Source of the DNA: Candidatus Melainabacteria bacterium
Lineage (GTDB): Bacteria; Cyanobacteriota; Vampirovibrionia; LMEP-6097
Direction of reading: 5' to 3'
Assembly (NCBI GenBank): GCA_005110385.1
Contig: DUDT01000013.1
Coordinates: 22,136-86,135, forward strand
Length of the DNA stretch: 64,000 nt
Shown here: one piece after another, positions 1 through 10,946 of the stretch
Position numbering within the stretch: the stretch's first letter is position 1
Layout: each line of letters opens with the position of its first letter
Notes under the pieces: model-generated
Database searches by the model: none
Seen by the model: the letters and a program-made list of their open reading frames with translations, nothing else
Told to the model about the DNA's origin: nothing
Made by a program: the position numbers and the translations under genes

Positions 1-1
1 T

Positions 2-211
2 TTAGCTGAGATAGCCATGGAATTAGAATCTGATAAAAAGCAGTACTTAACTCGCTTTAATGAAATAATTTCAGTTTTAAGAAAACAAAAATCAGAAATT
101 CTCAAACGTAAACTAGATAAAGAATTACAAGAAGCAGAAAAAAATAGAGACGAAGAAAATATCCAGAGACTACTTAGAGAAATTCAGCAGCTTTTAAAAG
201 AATCTTCCTAA
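2..211 (+). CDS. 3' end of a gene running in from the left edge; helical C-terminus, possibly DNA primase C-terminal domain
   Basis: Frame open from base 2; charged amphipathic helices; stop overlaps the convergent rplT stop. Identity is a guess. Confidence 0.35.
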   Translation, partial: LAEIAMELESDKKQYLTRFNEIISVLRKQKSEILKRKLDKELQEAEKNRDEENIQRLLREIQQLLKESS

Positions 212-573
212 GCAGCAACTGCGATAATAGCAGCTTTAGCCTTCTCTACTAATTTAGCAAAAGCGATCTTATCATTAACAGCGATATCTGCAAGCATTTT
301 TCTATTAATAATGATGTTAGCTTTACTTAAACCATTAATAAGCTGACTATAAGAAATGCCTAGCTCTCTTGCAGCAGCATTAATCCTCTGAATCCAAAGT
401 CCTCTAAAATCTCTTTTTTTAAGCTTTCTACCGATGTAAGCCTTCTTAAGACCTTTCATCATAGACTGCATAGCAGCAACGAAGATCTTACTTCTGCTAC
501 CAGCATAACCTTTGGTAAGTTTTAATACCTTCTTATGTTTTTTTCTATTTACGTTACCTCTTGTGACTCTCAT
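208..573 (-). CDS. rplT: 50S ribosomal protein L20
   Basis: [44 protein letters not shown]. Confidence 0.98.
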   Translation of the reverse strand: MRVTRGNVNRKKHKKVLKLTKGYAGSRSKIFVAAMQSMMKGLKKAYIGRKLKKRDFRGLWIQRINAAARELGISYSQLINGLSKANIIINRKMLADIAVNDKIAFAKLVEKAKAAIIAVAA

Positions 574-619
574 GACTTACCTCTTGAAAAATAAAATTCC
601 TAAATTCTTTTACATAAAA

Positions 620-832
620 CTATCTCGCGTACTTAGTATACGGGAACATAGACATAATTCTCTCCATTTGAGATTCATGCACTTCGCCCTCTGGCTTTCT
701 TAGACGTCTTTTATGTTTAGCAGACATACCTGTATTCAAATGGCTGATACCACCTTTCTTAAAAGTTAGCTTACCTGTGCCAGTTAACTTGAATCTTTTC
801 TTTGCCGATTTATTAGTCTTACGCTTTGACAT
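620..832 (-). CDS. rpmI: 50S ribosomal protein L35
   Basis: KTNKSAKKRFKLTGTGK; upstream of rplT. Confidence 0.96.
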   Translation of the reverse strand: MSKRKTNKSAKKRFKLTGTGKLTFKKGGISHLNTGMSAKHKRRLRKPEGEVHESQMERIMSMFPYTKYAR

Positions 833-947
833 ACTGAAAGTAAAATCTTAACAAGTTTTATAGAGAAAAGTCAGATAATTTATATTAAAACAATATTTAG
901 GTCATATATATAATTTATTATTCTCATATCAACTCGGTACTACATAG

Positions 948-1589
948 ATGCCTCAACCAACAATCATATTCAAACATTACTCTGATCTAGATTCCACTAT
1001 GAACGAAGCCAAAAGGCTTATCAAAGAAAGTTCTGAATATAAATCAGGTTCGATAATCTGCATAAGTGCAGATTATCAGTCACAGGGACGCGGTCAGCAT
1101 GGTAAAAGCTGGGCATCGCCACGTGAAGCTGGTCTCTATGTATCTTTAGTCAGCGATCTTAAAACTCCAGCAGAGAACTCATCGATATTGGCGACTGAAC
1201 TCTGTATTAGATCATTAGAAGAAGGTCTAAAGCGAGTTTCGCAGCAGTCTTTAAAAGAAAGCGCTGAAAAAGCGGTTATAGAAGTATCTCCAGAATTTAA
1301 ACTAAAACCACTTAACGACATATACGTTAATAACTGCAAGCTAGCTGGAATACTCCTAGAAAGATTTGTTTTTAAAGATACTGAATACCATACAGTAGGC
1401 ATAGGTATTAATCTTTATAAAAGTAGTTATCAGTTAAAAGAAAGTTCTCTTGAGATACCGAAGGCAATGCCTATCAGCCTAGAAGAGATTACTAGCATTA
1501 ACATCACTCAGAACTTAGCAAAATCCTTATTACATGACTTATCTGAAAACTTTTCAAAATACTTTTATTTATCCACACAAGAATATTAA
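948..1589 (+). CDS. birA: Biotin--acetyl-CoA-carboxylase ligase, catalytic domain only
   Basis: DSTM, ADYQSQGRGQHGKSW, KPLNDIY..KLAGIL, GIGIN motifs. Confidence 0.9.
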   Translation: MPQPTIIFKHYSDLDSTMNEAKRLIKESSEYKSGSIICISADYQSQGRGQHGKSWASPREAGLYVSLVSDLKTPAENSSILATELCIRSLEEGLKRVSQQSLKESAEKAVIEVSPEFKLKPLNDIYVNNCKLAGILLERFVFKDTEYHTVGIGINLYKSSYQLKESSLEIPKAMPISLEEITSINITQNLAKSLLHDLSENFSKYFYLSTQEY

Positions 1590-1656
1590 TGTTTCATTTA
1601 TAAAAAATACAAGAATTATTTTTGAAAGCATTTTATAATTTAAACTCGATCTGAGA

Positions 1657-1733
1657 CGGGACATGGCTCAGCTTGGTAGAGCGCTTCGCTTGGGACGAAG
1701 AGGTCGCAGGTTCAAATCCTGCTGTCCCGACCA
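1657..1733 (+). tRNA. tRNA-Pro(TGG)
   Basis: CGGGACA/TGTCCCG acceptor stem, anticodon loop CTTGGGA, GGTTCAAATCC T-arm, CCA end. Confidence 0.97.
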
Positions 1734-1754
1734 TTTTTATTAATTAAAACGAAC

Positions 1755-3098
1755 TCAGGCAGCAAACGACAGTTCAGCAAAGCGAATCTCTGGTGCAAAA
1801 AAGTCTCCTGAGTTAGATGACTTTATCTCAGAGCCAATAAGCATAATATCTTTCAGCATCTGATAAAAATTACCCTTTACCGTAGTCTCTTTAAAACTAA
1901 ACTGTTTAGCCCCATCCTCTAAAACATAGCCAGCGACACCGAAAGAGAAATCTCCCGAAATTAAATTAGCACCAGAATGAAGACCATCTAGTCTTGTGAT
2001 ATAGAGAAGTCGTCCTTTATAAAGCTCTGCAGGCAAGCTCAAACCAGCAGCGATTTCTGGCTGATGCAGCTGCACATCTAAAGATGACTTAGGACTTCTT
2101 TTAGCATGGCCAGAGCTTTTAGTTCCAAAAAAATTAGCCGTATATGAATTATAGATACCATCAATAAAATATCCATTTTCAATAAGAGTATGATTAGATG
2201 TAGCCACTCCCTCATCATCAATTAAAACACGCCCCAGTCCATAAGCAGCTCTAGGTCTATCGTAGACACTCAGTAAAGGTGAGGCTATCAAAGAATTTCG
2301 CTGTTTCCATAATGGATTAAGTTCTTTACGAGCAGCTTCTGAAGAAAAAATCACACTAAAAGTATGAAACATCTCTTCAAAAGTTTCAGGATTAAAAACC
2401 ACGTCATAGCGTCCATTACTTAATGGCCCAGCATCGAGCATAGCTAAACTTTCTTCATAAACTTTTTTAGCCATTTCACGAGGATTAATTTCATTTAAAT
2501 TCGGATAGCTATAACTAATATAATCAAAAGCCTGCTTATTTTCATGCTCAAGTAAACATGAACTAGTGGCTCTTACTTGCTTGCGCGATAGCTGAGATTT
2601 TACGCCTTTAGAATTCCTTATAAAAGTCCTTGCATTAGAAAATGCTAAACCATTATAGGGAACAGATTTTACTCGATCAGATAAACTAAAAACTTCATTT
2701 TCTAATTCTCTAGCTAAAGCTAATTTTTCTTCTATCGTAATACCTAATTCTTGATTGAATTCTACATTATCATCTATTACATTAATAGTTTCTAGAGCTA
2801 AAAGCTGCTTGGGATTAGGATTAGAAAACTTAAGAGTTAACATAGCCTGCTCACAGACAGCCTTTAAAGATTCCGAGTCTAGGGCTTCCGTATAGCTCAT
2901 TCCCACTTTTCCATCTAAAAATAATCTAAGCCCAAGTACTTGATTCTGAGTAACTTTCTGCTCTAAAACTTTTCCTTTATCGTGGGAATAAATTTCAGAA
3001 TTAGAATCTTTCATCAGCACTTCATAATCATTCACGCCAAGCTGCTTACAATTAGCAAGGATTTCTTCCAAAACTAAATCTACTTTTCTATCAGTCAT
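1755..3098 (-). CDS. tldE: TldE/PmbA family protein
   Basis: DDEGV, GLHSGANLISGDFS; coupled to tldD. Confidence 0.9.
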   Translation of the reverse strand: MTDRKVDLVLEEILANCKQLGVNDYEVLMKDSNSEIYSHDKGKVLEQKVTQNQVLGLRLFLDGKVGMSYTEALDSESLKAVCEQAMLTLKFSNPNPKQLLALETINVIDDNVEFNQELGITIEEKLALARELENEVFSLSDRVKSVPYNGLAFSNARTFIRNSKGVKSQLSRKQVRATSSCLLEHENKQAFDYISYSYPNLNEINPREMAKKVYEESLAMLDAGPLSNGRYDVVFNPETFEEMFHTFSVIFSSEAARKELNPLWKQRNSLIASPLLSVYDRPRAAYGLGRVLIDDEGVATSNHTLIENGYFIDGIYNSYTANFFGTKSSGHAKRSPKSSLDVQLHQPEIAAGLSLPAELYKGRLLYITRLDGLHSGANLISGDFSFGVAGYVLEDGAKQFSFKETTVKGNFYQMLKDIMLIGSEIKSSNSGDFFAPEIRFAELSFAA

Positions 3099-4486
3099 TA
3101 CGAAAGCTCCCCACCTACTAATATCTCATCAACTTTAAGAGGCGGCTGTCCTACAGTCACTGGAACAGAACCACTGACCGAACCGCACATTCCAGCTGCG
3201 AGTTCTAATTCTTTACCGACCATGGAAATTCTCTGTAATATTTCAGGGCCAGTACCGATTAAAGTCGCTCCCTTAACGGGCCTAGTCAGTTTACCATTTT
3301 CGATTAAATAACCACTATTCACAGCGAAATTAAACTCACCGGTACCAGGAATCACACTACCACCACCGAGACTCTCAGCGTAGAGACCATAATCTATAGA
3401 AGAAATTAATTCATCTCGAGAAAAATTACCTGGGCAAATAAAAGTATTACGCATGCGCGATGCTGGTGCATAACGATAGCTTTCACGTCTAGCAGAGGCA
3501 CTCAGTGGATACTGAGTTTTTAAATGCCCGACATAATCGACTAGAAAATTTTTTAAAACCCCATTTACAATTAAATCAGTACGCTTGGTTTGACGCCCCT
3601 CATCATCGATTCCAATGCTGCCCCACTTATCAGCAATGGTTCCATCATCTACCGCAGTAACTGCTGAATTTGCGATCTGCTGATTCATCTTATCCCAAAA
3701 AACACTAGAACGCCTTTGGACACTAGTAGTCTCTAAAAGATGCCCGCAGGCTTCATGAAAAATAACACCACCAAAAGCATTTTCTAAAATAACTGGCATT
3801 TTCCCAGCTGGGCAGGGTATCGCAGAAAGCTTTCTTAATGCTCTTGAAACGACTTTCTCTCCAAGACTCTTAGAATCTAACTGACGGATAAAATCCATAT
3901 CCATAGTAGCTCCAGGAGCTTCATAAGCATCCTCTCTTAAATTACCGTCCTCGGCGATAGCAGTTACGCTGAGGCGAATATAATTACGAGTATCAGAAAT
4001 ATTTAAACCTTCTGAATTATAAATCTGCACTTCCTGCCTGCTTTGTGCGAGATTTAAATTTACCTGAATAAGCTTCTCACTCAAAGAACGCATCTGCCTA
4101 TCCATACTTAATAAAAATTCGATTTTTTCTTGCCAGTCTTCATTCTTTAAACCAGAGCTTAAATCACTCCCCAAAAGGGTTTTAGTAAATGGCAATGCAA
4201 GCTTTTCTTTAGAGGGATTAGCAGTAGACTTAAGATTAGAAACTATTTTTAACAGCTCTAACTCATCTAAAGTACTTGCTGTACCGTAATAAACTTCAGA
4301 ACCATAAATCAGGCGTATACCTAAACCAAAATCTATACCAGAGTTAATCGAATCTAGCTGCTTAGAAGCCTGCTTAAAAGTTAAATGATTTTTTCTTTCT
4401 ATAAAAATATCACAGAAATCAGCTCCTTGCCTCAACGCATGGTTAATAAGATTCTCTGCGATTTTAGGATCTAAAAGAGGTTCCAT
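3098..4486 (-). CDS. tldD: TldD metalloprotease
   Basis: FHEACGHLLE, DDEG, SRMRNT, GMCG motifs. Confidence 0.95.
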   Translation of the reverse strand: MEPLLDPKIAENLINHALRQGADFCDIFIERKNHLTFKQASKQLDSINSGIDFGLGIRLIYGSEVYYGTASTLDELELLKIVSNLKSTANPSKEKLALPFTKTLLGSDLSSGLKNEDWQEKIEFLLSMDRQMRSLSEKLIQVNLNLAQSRQEVQIYNSEGLNISDTRNYIRLSVTAIAEDGNLREDAYEAPGATMDMDFIRQLDSKSLGEKVVSRALRKLSAIPCPAGKMPVILENAFGGVIFHEACGHLLETTSVQRRSSVFWDKMNQQIANSAVTAVDDGTIADKWGSIGIDDEGRQTKRTDLIVNGVLKNFLVDYVGHLKTQYPLSASARRESYRYAPASRMRNTFICPGNFSRDELISSIDYGLYAESLGGGSVIPGTGEFNFAVNSGYLIENGKLTRPVKGATLIGTGPEILQRISMVGKELELAAGMCGSVSGSVPVTVGQPPLKVDEILVGGELS

Positions 4487-4586
4487 AAGTCTTAATCATA
4501 TTATAGAACGCATCCCCTCCCTCCATTAATTGTATTGTGGCAAGCTCCCAAAATTAAGAAACAGCAGTTCCACTTTTATTCATGTT

Positions 4587-7487
4587 TTAAACTATCATTC
4601 CATGACGCATAGTGTTCTCAGTTACAGTCTTCTCTTCTAAAAACTGTAATAGATAATTTGAGCCACCTGCCTTGTAGCCGATGCTAGAAAGTTTAGTACC
4701 CCCAAAAGCCTGCCTGCTAACTATCGCCCCCGTGCAAGCTTGATTTATATATAGATTACCTACCTTAAAATGCTCTTTAGCATAATCAATATTTTCAGGG
4801 CTTCTTGAGAAAACAGCTCCAGTGAGACCATATTTAGAATCATTTGCAAGGTCAATGGCAGAGTTAAAATCATCCACGGCAAACAGACAAAGAATCGGTG
4901 CGAAAATTTCATCCTGAGCCAAAGCACTACGCGGAGAAACGTTTTCAACGATTACTGGAGAAGCTTTAAAAGAATCTCTATCCATCACGCAATTCCCAAA
5001 CAAAATCAAAGCCTCACGTTTAGCTAAATTGAAATATGTCTCAAATTTTTTAAAAGCCTTCTCATTGATCAAAGAGGTCATATCAGACTCAGCTAAATAA
5101 GCAGGTCCTACATTAATGGCTCCCACCGCAGCTACTAATCTCTCCTTGACTTTTTCATAAATACTACTAACTAAAACTAATCTCGAACAAGCCGAACACT
5201 TCTGACCTGAAAAAGAAAATGCAGATTTTAAAACAGCTGGAATTAACTGATCAAGATCAGCAGTTTCATCTGCAACGATAGCGTTTTTACCACCCATCTC
5301 AGCGATTAATTTTTTCTTTAAATGGGGATGCTCATTTAAACTCTTATTAATCTGCATACCTGTTTCACAAGACCCCGTAAAAGTAATAAGATTAATATCT
5401 TTATGGCGAGCAAGTTCTGCACCTATTTCAGTCCCCGAACCCAATAGCAACTGAGTCACAGATTCAGCGTATTTAGTATCTTTAAAAGGAAAAGAATCAC
5501 GAATAATCTTATTTAAATCGGTAACGAGTTTATATGCGATGGCTGGTGCTTCCTCAGAAGGCTTAATAATAACTGTATTCCCGGCAAGTAAAGCAGCTGA
5601 AGTCATCCCAAGTAATATAGCTAAAGGGAAATTCCAAGGAGAAATCACAGCAGTTACCCCTAAAGCCTTATAGAAATTAGTGTTCGCTTCACCAGGTAGA
5701 GACCTTAATTTATTCTCTGAAAATAAGCTCTCAGCTTGCTCCGCATAATAATATATAAAATCAATAGCCTCTGATAATTCGGCATTAGCCTCATCCCAAG
5801 TCTTAGCCACCTCTAAAACCAGGAGAGCCGCATAATCTTGCCGCTTTCGCTCCAAGAGCCTTGCAAAAGCTTTCATGATATTAATTCTTCTCTGCGCAGG
5901 TAAATGTGACCACCACATAAAAGCTTGTTTAGAACTATTAACTGCAAAATTCACATCACTAGTTTCAGCAGCATGAGCATAAGCCACCACTTGACTTTTC
6001 TGAGAAGGATTAATCGAAGTGAAAGTCTTTCTTAAAAGAATATCCTTCCCATTTATAATAGGATAAACCTCTAATGGACGCTGCTTTATCTGCTTTATAA
6101 GTTGCTCAACAGCAAACTGCATTTCAAAACGCGTGCGGAGCTTAGAAAAATCTAGGAGTGGCGAATTCGTAAATTCTTTACTAGTATATTCAGACAACTT
6201 ATTTAATGAAGCGTCCGTCAATACAGGCTTAGATATAAGCTTATCTAGATTATCATCACTGAAACTTTGAAACAAGAATGAATCATTTGCAGTATTCTCT
6301 AAAAGCCTTCTCACTAAATACGCCATGCCTTCTACCAAATCACCACAAGGAAGATAAACTCTCACGCCATAAGAACGCTCACTCAAGAATAATTTCATAT
6401 GATCTAGCATTCCATAAAGGAACTGAAACTCATATCTATCTTTATCTACTTTATATAGCTTCGCAAGCTCCATTGTTACAGCAATAGAGCGAATATTATG
6501 ACTAGCTACAGCAGGGAAAATATATTTATTATTTTTAAACAGTAATTCTAGTAAATCTTCATAGTTTTTATCAGTCTCTGCCTTTCTTTCATAAACTGGA
6601 ATATTCCAATTATTCTGAATTGCGACTGCTCTTTCATAGTCCCAATAGGCACCTTTAACCAATCTAATTTTTAAAGAAACTTTTCTCTTTTGCGAAAATT
6701 CTATAAAAGAAATTAAATCGCTTCTACTTTCCTTTAAATACGCTTGTATAACGACTCCCGCACCAGACCAGTTTTTAAATTCTTCAGTTAATAAAAGTTC
6801 TTTTACCGTATCAAAAAATAATGTTTTAGTATCGTAATGCTCGCTATCTATAGTTATTTCAGAGCCATTATCCAAAGCAGCGCGGAAAATTTTTGCTAAA
6901 TTATCTTTTAACGTTTTTTTGTTTAGCTCATAGGCACTAGCTTTCATCTGCGGGCAGAGACTTGATAGCTTAACAGACAAGGCAATACCCGGCTTGGTTT
7001 CAAGCAAGTCCAAGTATGTTTCTAAATATTTTTCTGACTCTTCTTGACTAATAGCAAGCTCGCCGAGAATATCTAAAGTACAATCAAGCCCAGAAAAGCG
7101 AAGCTCTTCTATTTTCTTAGATAATTGTTGCTCATCATTATCAACAATAAAATTCTTAGCGAGAGACTTAACGCCGAATCTAGTGAAATGATCTACCAGT
7201 GAAGCTCCTAGTGGCAAACGAGTCCCGAGATAAACCAAATCACCAAGAAATAAATCCTCTTCCCTCATGTATTCCAAAAGATACTTAGCTACCATTTCAG
7301 GTGTCTTCAAACTTGGGTATAAATCAACAAACTTAAATAACTGTTTTTGCAAACGTGGGTTTTTAGAAGAGAATATAAGAACCTGCTGACTCCACCAAGA
7401 TGAATCCAAGAGCTTGATTTTCTTAAGCTCTTCTTTATGAAATTCTAATAATTCTTTAGCTTTTAAATAAACTGGGTCCAAGTCCAC
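4587..7487 (-). CDS. putA: Bifunctional proline dehydrogenase / P5C dehydrogenase
   Basis: RLVKGAYWDYE, ASHN, YLVRRLLEN, then ALDH motifs ISPWNFP, EMGGKN, GQKCSA; GTG start. Confidence 0.96.
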   Translation of the reverse strand: MDLDPVYLKAKELLEFHKEELKKIKLLDSSWWSQQVLIFSSKNPRLQKQLFKFVDLYPSLKTPEMVAKYLLEYMREEDLFLGDLVYLGTRLPLGASLVDHFTRFGVKSLAKNFIVDNDEQQLSKKIEELRFSGLDCTLDILGELAISQEESEKYLETYLDLLETKPGIALSVKLSSLCPQMKASAYELNKKTLKDNLAKIFRAALDNGSEITIDSEHYDTKTLFFDTVKELLLTEEFKNWSGAGVVIQAYLKESRSDLISFIEFSQKRKVSLKIRLVKGAYWDYERAVAIQNNWNIPVYERKAETDKNYEDLLELLFKNNKYIFPAVASHNIRSIAVTMELAKLYKVDKDRYEFQFLYGMLDHMKLFLSERSYGVRVYLPCGDLVEGMAYLVRRLLENTANDSFLFQSFSDDNLDKLISKPVLTDASLNKLSEYTSKEFTNSPLLDFSKLRTRFEMQFAVEQLIKQIKQRPLEVYPIINGKDILLRKTFTSINPSQKSQVVAYAHAAETSDVNFAVNSSKQAFMWWSHLPAQRRINIMKAFARLLERKRQDYAALLVLEVAKTWDEANAELSEAIDFIYYYAEQAESLFSENKLRSLPGEANTNFYKALGVTAVISPWNFPLAILLGMTSAALLAGNTVIIKPSEEAPAIAYKLVTDLNKIIRDSFPFKDTKYAESVTQLLLGSGTEIGAELARHKDINLITFTGSCETGMQINKSLNEHPHLKKKLIAEMGGKNAIVADETADLDQLIPAVLKSAFSFSGQKCSACSRLVLVSSIYEKVKERLVAAVGAINVGPAYLAESDMTSLINEKAFKKFETYFNLAKREALILFGNCVMDRDSFKASPVIVENVSPRSALAQDEIFAPILCLFAVDDFNSAIDLANDSKYGLTGAVFSRSPENIDYAKEHFKVGNLYINQACTGAIVSRQAFGGTKLSSIGYKAGGSNYLLQFLEEKTVTENTMRHGMIV

Positions 7488-7505
7488 AACTGTATTATAA
7501 GCTGA

Positions 7506-8021
7506 CTATGCTATCAAATCAACCAGCATACCCTCAACTAAATCCAAAGATGCTGCAACCTTTAACTCGCCTGATTGATCTTTAAAATAATCTTTCGCCA
7601 TTTGATCCAATTCTTCATCCACGATTTTAATTCTTTCAAAAAAACCATCTTCCGAATTTTCCCCTTCATAAGCCTTATCTTTAATATCTGTTAAAAAAGA
7701 ATGTACGGCTGTCAGATAATCAGTCATAACTCCTGGTGTAAAATATTTTTTCACCGCCGAGCCTAGTTTTTTAATATCAGCAAGCTGATTTCTAAAATCT
7801 TCAGTTTTTAAATTCTTTAATTTATCTGCGTTTAATTGATGAGCTATAAACCCTTCAAAATTAACTTGTTGGGTATTGTTAATTAACTGAGTATTAATAG
7901 ATTTAGCATTAACTTTAGGACTACTAGGAGTACCTAATTTATCCGCTAAATTACCAAGGCCAGCCCTAATGCCTAAATCATTTCCCGCATTAGTAGAGCT
8001 TAGCGCATTCAAGACCATCAC
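7506..8021 (-). CDS. YaaR/DUF327-like protein
   Basis: C-terminal IVDEELDQMA..VEGMLVDL pattern resembles DUF327. Confidence 0.6.
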   Translation of the reverse strand: MMVLNALSSTNAGNDLGIRAGLGNLADKLGTPSSPKVNAKSINTQLINNTQQVNFEGFIAHQLNADKLKNLKTEDFRNQLADIKKLGSAVKKYFTPGVMTDYLTAVHSFLTDIKDKAYEGENSEDGFFERIKIVDEELDQMAKDYFKDQSGELKVAASLDLVEGMLVDLIA

Positions 8022-8106
8022 CTAAAATATCCCCCAAACTAACTAAAATTTACTAGATAAAAAAGACTATATTTTGCTATTATCTATAAGTTCAGGAAAT
8101 CAAGAC

Positions 8107-8688
8107 ATGGCTACAGAACTTAAAATTGAAAAGCGTAAAGAAAATAGTAAACCAAGAGCTCTTAGGAGAGAAGGCTTAATTCCAGCTACGATTTACGGGC
8201 CAGAATTAGAGAATGCTATTGACATCCAAGTAAACAGTAAGGATTTTAAAAAAGTAAGTTTTAAAGACTATAAACATTTAATCGAACTTAAAGATGATGA
8301 AACTTTATATGAAACTCTAATTCGTAATATACAGAAAGATTTCGTCACTGGTGAAATCTTAAATATTGAATTTTACAAAGTCAAGAGCGGTAATAAGCTT
8401 AATACGAAAGTAGCCTTAAGATTTGTTGGTGATTCACCCGCAGCTAAAATGGGTTGTGACATCGTGACTCAGTTCACTGAAATGAACGTCAGATGCTTAC
8501 CAAGAGACATTCCAGAAGATTTTGAAGTGGATATTTCTGTTTTAAAAAAACCTGCGGATATGATTAATTTTGGGGATCTAAATTTAGGTGATAAATTAGA
8601 ACTTTTAGACCCGATTGGTGAAATTATCGTTAAAGTTGTAGCGAAGAGAGGAGCTATAACTGAAGGTGCTACTGAAGCTCAAAAGTAA
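8107..8688 (+). CDS. rplY: 50S ribosomal protein L25/Ctc
   Basis: RALRREGLIPATIYG, CLPRDIP; ATG 8107 preceded by AGGA. Confidence 0.95.
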   Translation: MATELKIEKRKENSKPRALRREGLIPATIYGPELENAIDIQVNSKDFKKVSFKDYKHLIELKDDETLYETLIRNIQKDFVTGEILNIEFYKVKSGNKLNTKVALRFVGDSPAAKMGCDIVTQFTEMNVRCLPRDIPEDFEVDISVLKKPADMINFGDLNLGDKLELLDPIGEIIVKVVAKRGAITEGATEAQK

Positions 8689-8692
8689 TCAA

Positions 8693-8750
8693 GGGGCGTA
8701 TAGCGGAACTCCAATTTCTGCGTTTTCGTCGTCCACATGATCCTCATGTA
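8693..8750 (-). repeat. Half copy of the dispersed palindromic element
   Basis: Reverse complement TACATGAGGATCATGTGGACGACGAAAACGCAGAAATTGGAGTTCCGCTATACGCCCC matches the right half of the copies at 14810 and 47691; lies between convergent rplY and rluD. Confidence 0.92.
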
Positions 8751-8759
8751 AGCTTGCTA

Positions 8760-9725
8760 TTAGTGTAGATTTTCTTCGAGAAAGCTTAGGGAAGTTTTAA
8801 AATCTTCCGCGAGATCTATTTCAAATTTAAATCTTTCCTCTGTAATAGGATGAGTAAACTCTAACTTATATGAATGCAAAAGCGGTCTATATGCTTTTAG
8901 TTTATTTTTCTCTATACCGTAAACAGCATCACCAATAATGGGATGCTTTATATAATTCATATGAACACGAATCTGATGAGTTCTACCTGTGTCTAATTTA
9001 CATTCAAGCAGTGTAAAAGGATCTTGAGAAGCTTTATACCTATATCTCTTTAATAACTGCCAGTTGGTCTTCGCATATCTAGCGTGTTCTAACGTTTCAA
9101 AAGTCCGCATTCTTTTTCTATCATTAGGATCACGCCCAATGGGTTTAATCACCGAGCCGCTAGTTTCTTTTAAGTTTCCTAACACTAAAGCCTGATAATA
9201 TCTTTCTACTTCCCGACTCTTAATCTGTTCTGCTAAGCGCCTATGGGCTAAATCATTTTTACAAGCAAGCATCAAACCAGTGGTATCTTTATCAAGACGG
9301 TGTACTATACCAGGTCTTAAAACACCATTAATTTGGGATAGACTATCCTTGCAGTGGTACAAAAGAGCATTTACTAAAGTACCATTCACAGTATTAGCAG
9401 AGGGATGCACCACTAAACCAGCCTGCTTATTTAAAACTAAAAGATACTCATCTTCAAAGATAATATCCAAAGGAATAGCCTCTGGCAATATATCTAAAAT
9501 CCTTGGCGGTGGCAGATTAATAGATATCGCATCGCTGTTCTTAACTTTATGAGAAGCCTTTACGGACTTAGCGTTCAGTAAAATCTTTCCACCGTCAATT
9601 AAAGTCCCAATAAAGGATCTAGTTAAATTGAGCGATTCGAGCCCAGCTAAATAAACATCAAGCCTAACAGCTACAGATAATTCTGAAACTATTATATTTA
9701 TCTGATTATCAAGACTGTTAGACAT
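8760..9725 (-). CDS. rluD: RluA/RluD family pseudouridine synthase
   Basis: S4 domain, GIVHRLDKDTTG, TGRTHQIRVH. Confidence 0.93.
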   Translation of the reverse strand: MSNSLDNQINIIVSELSVAVRLDVYLAGLESLNLTRSFIGTLIDGGKILLNAKSVKASHKVKNSDAISINLPPPRILDILPEAIPLDIIFEDEYLLVLNKQAGLVVHPSANTVNGTLVNALLYHCKDSLSQINGVLRPGIVHRLDKDTTGLMLACKNDLAHRRLAEQIKSREVERYYQALVLGNLKETSGSVIKPIGRDPNDRKRMRTFETLEHARYAKTNWQLLKRYRYKASQDPFTLLECKLDTGRTHQIRVHMNYIKHPIIGDAVYGIEKNKLKAYRPLLHSYKLEFTHPITEERFKFEIDLAEDFKTSLSFLEENLH

Positions 9726-9824
9726 CCACTAGCAAGCTGATTCTAGCATTTCATATAAACCCAGCACTAACAAATCTTCACTTCACTCGAAGAATGATTA
9801 TCTCAATACTAAAATTTCTAAAAA

Positions 9825-10199
9825 TTATTTAGATCCTAATACACTTTCTAGATCGGAAATTAAATTATCAAAAGCCAAATATGCCGTCGAACTTTCCTCG
9901 TAATTCTGAGAGTGCCTTATGGAATCATATCCAGCAGAAGTAAGCATAGCGTTTAAGGACACATCTCGCTTAAACTTACTCATATCTCTTAGAGCTTTTA
10001 ACTCACTGCGCCTAGCCAACACCTCATCTTTATTCTCAGAACGAACAGCTTCACTAAAAAAATTAATCAATCGGTCTCTCTCCTCTCGAGATAAGCCTTC
10101 TCTAAAATCCTCAGTATTTATAAACCCGAACTCGTCTGACTCAGAATCATAAGGAATTCCTTGATATTGATTTATGGAAGAATTATAAACGTAAACCAT
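9825..10199 (-). CDS. Hypothetical protein
   Basis: 124-aa ORF filling the gap; no recognised motif. Confidence 0.6.
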   Translation of the reverse strand: MVYVYNSSINQYQGIPYDSESDEFGFINTEDFREGLSREERDRLINFFSEAVRSENKDEVLARRSELKALRDMSKFKRDVSLNAMLTSAGYDSIRHSQNYEESSTAYLAFDNLISDLESVLGSK

Positions 10200-10289
10200 A
10201 AGGAAACAGCTCTTAGGCTTATGGATATCAAAAAAAAATAAAGGCTAAGTTAAGAAAAAATCAGCAGATTATAAGTAAGTCAAGAAAAT

Positions 10290-10502
10290 CTATTGAGCGA
10301 CTTTTTTCTTTGCGTATTTCTTAGTAAATGTATCTATTCTACCAGCAGCATCTATAATCTTATTAGTACCTGCGTAAAAAGGATGACAGTTACTACAAAC
10401 TTCAACCCTTAGAGATGGTTCAGTAGACTCCACTAAAAACTCAGCACCACAGGTACAAGTAGCAACGATAACATGGGTCTCTGGGTGTATGTTTTGCTTC
10501 AT
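10290..10502 (-). CDS. rpmE: 50S ribosomal protein L31 (Zn-binding type)
   Basis: MKQNIHP..CTCG..CSNCHPFY. Confidence 0.97.
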   Translation of the reverse strand: MKQNIHPETHVIVATCTCGAEFLVESTEPSLRVEVCSNCHPFYAGTNKIIDAAGRIDTFTKKYAKKKVAQ

Positions 10503-10547
10503 AGGACTTTAGATTTTAACACGCAAATATACTAAACTCAATTAGTT

Positions 10548-10871
10548 TTATTTTTCATTAAGGAAGTTCTTGGCTAAAGATTTATATTTCTCTACCTGCT
10601 GTAAAAGCTTTTTATTTAAGTTTATAGAAGCTTCTGCTTCTTTATAAAGCTGATCTAACTCTAGCTCAAGATCTTTTATGCGATTGTGATTCTTCTCATT
10701 TTCAAACTGTAAATTCTTGACTGATATTTCAAGAAACTCAATATTTCTTGAATGTTTTGCAAAGCCGGGGTCATCTTTAAGCTCCGTAATGAATCTAGTC
10801 GTGTCTTCATAAGAAGAAGAAAAGAGGCCAGAAAAACCACTCAAGTCATCAAAATCATCACCAATTTTCAC
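10548..10871 (-). CDS. Hypothetical coiled-coil protein
   Basis: GTG start, heptad-rich; TGTTAAGAT extended -10 just upstream. Confidence 0.65.
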   Translation of the reverse strand: MKIGDDFDDLSGFSGLFSSSYEDTTRFITELKDDPGFAKHSRNIEFLEISVKNLQFENEKNHNRIKDLELELDQLYKEAEASINLNKKLLQQVEKYKSLAKNFLNEK

Positions 10872-10946
10872 TATTTCAGAATCTTAACAAATTTAAGCTA
10901 GTAGTTTTCTTGCTAAATATTAAGAGATCAATTAAAATTTCTGAGT

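Noticed and set aside
1755-4486. TldD/E as maturation enzymes for the small peptides (RiPP hypothesis)
   Set aside because: They are about 17 kb away, TldDE is widespread, and no modifying enzymes lie next to the peptide genes.
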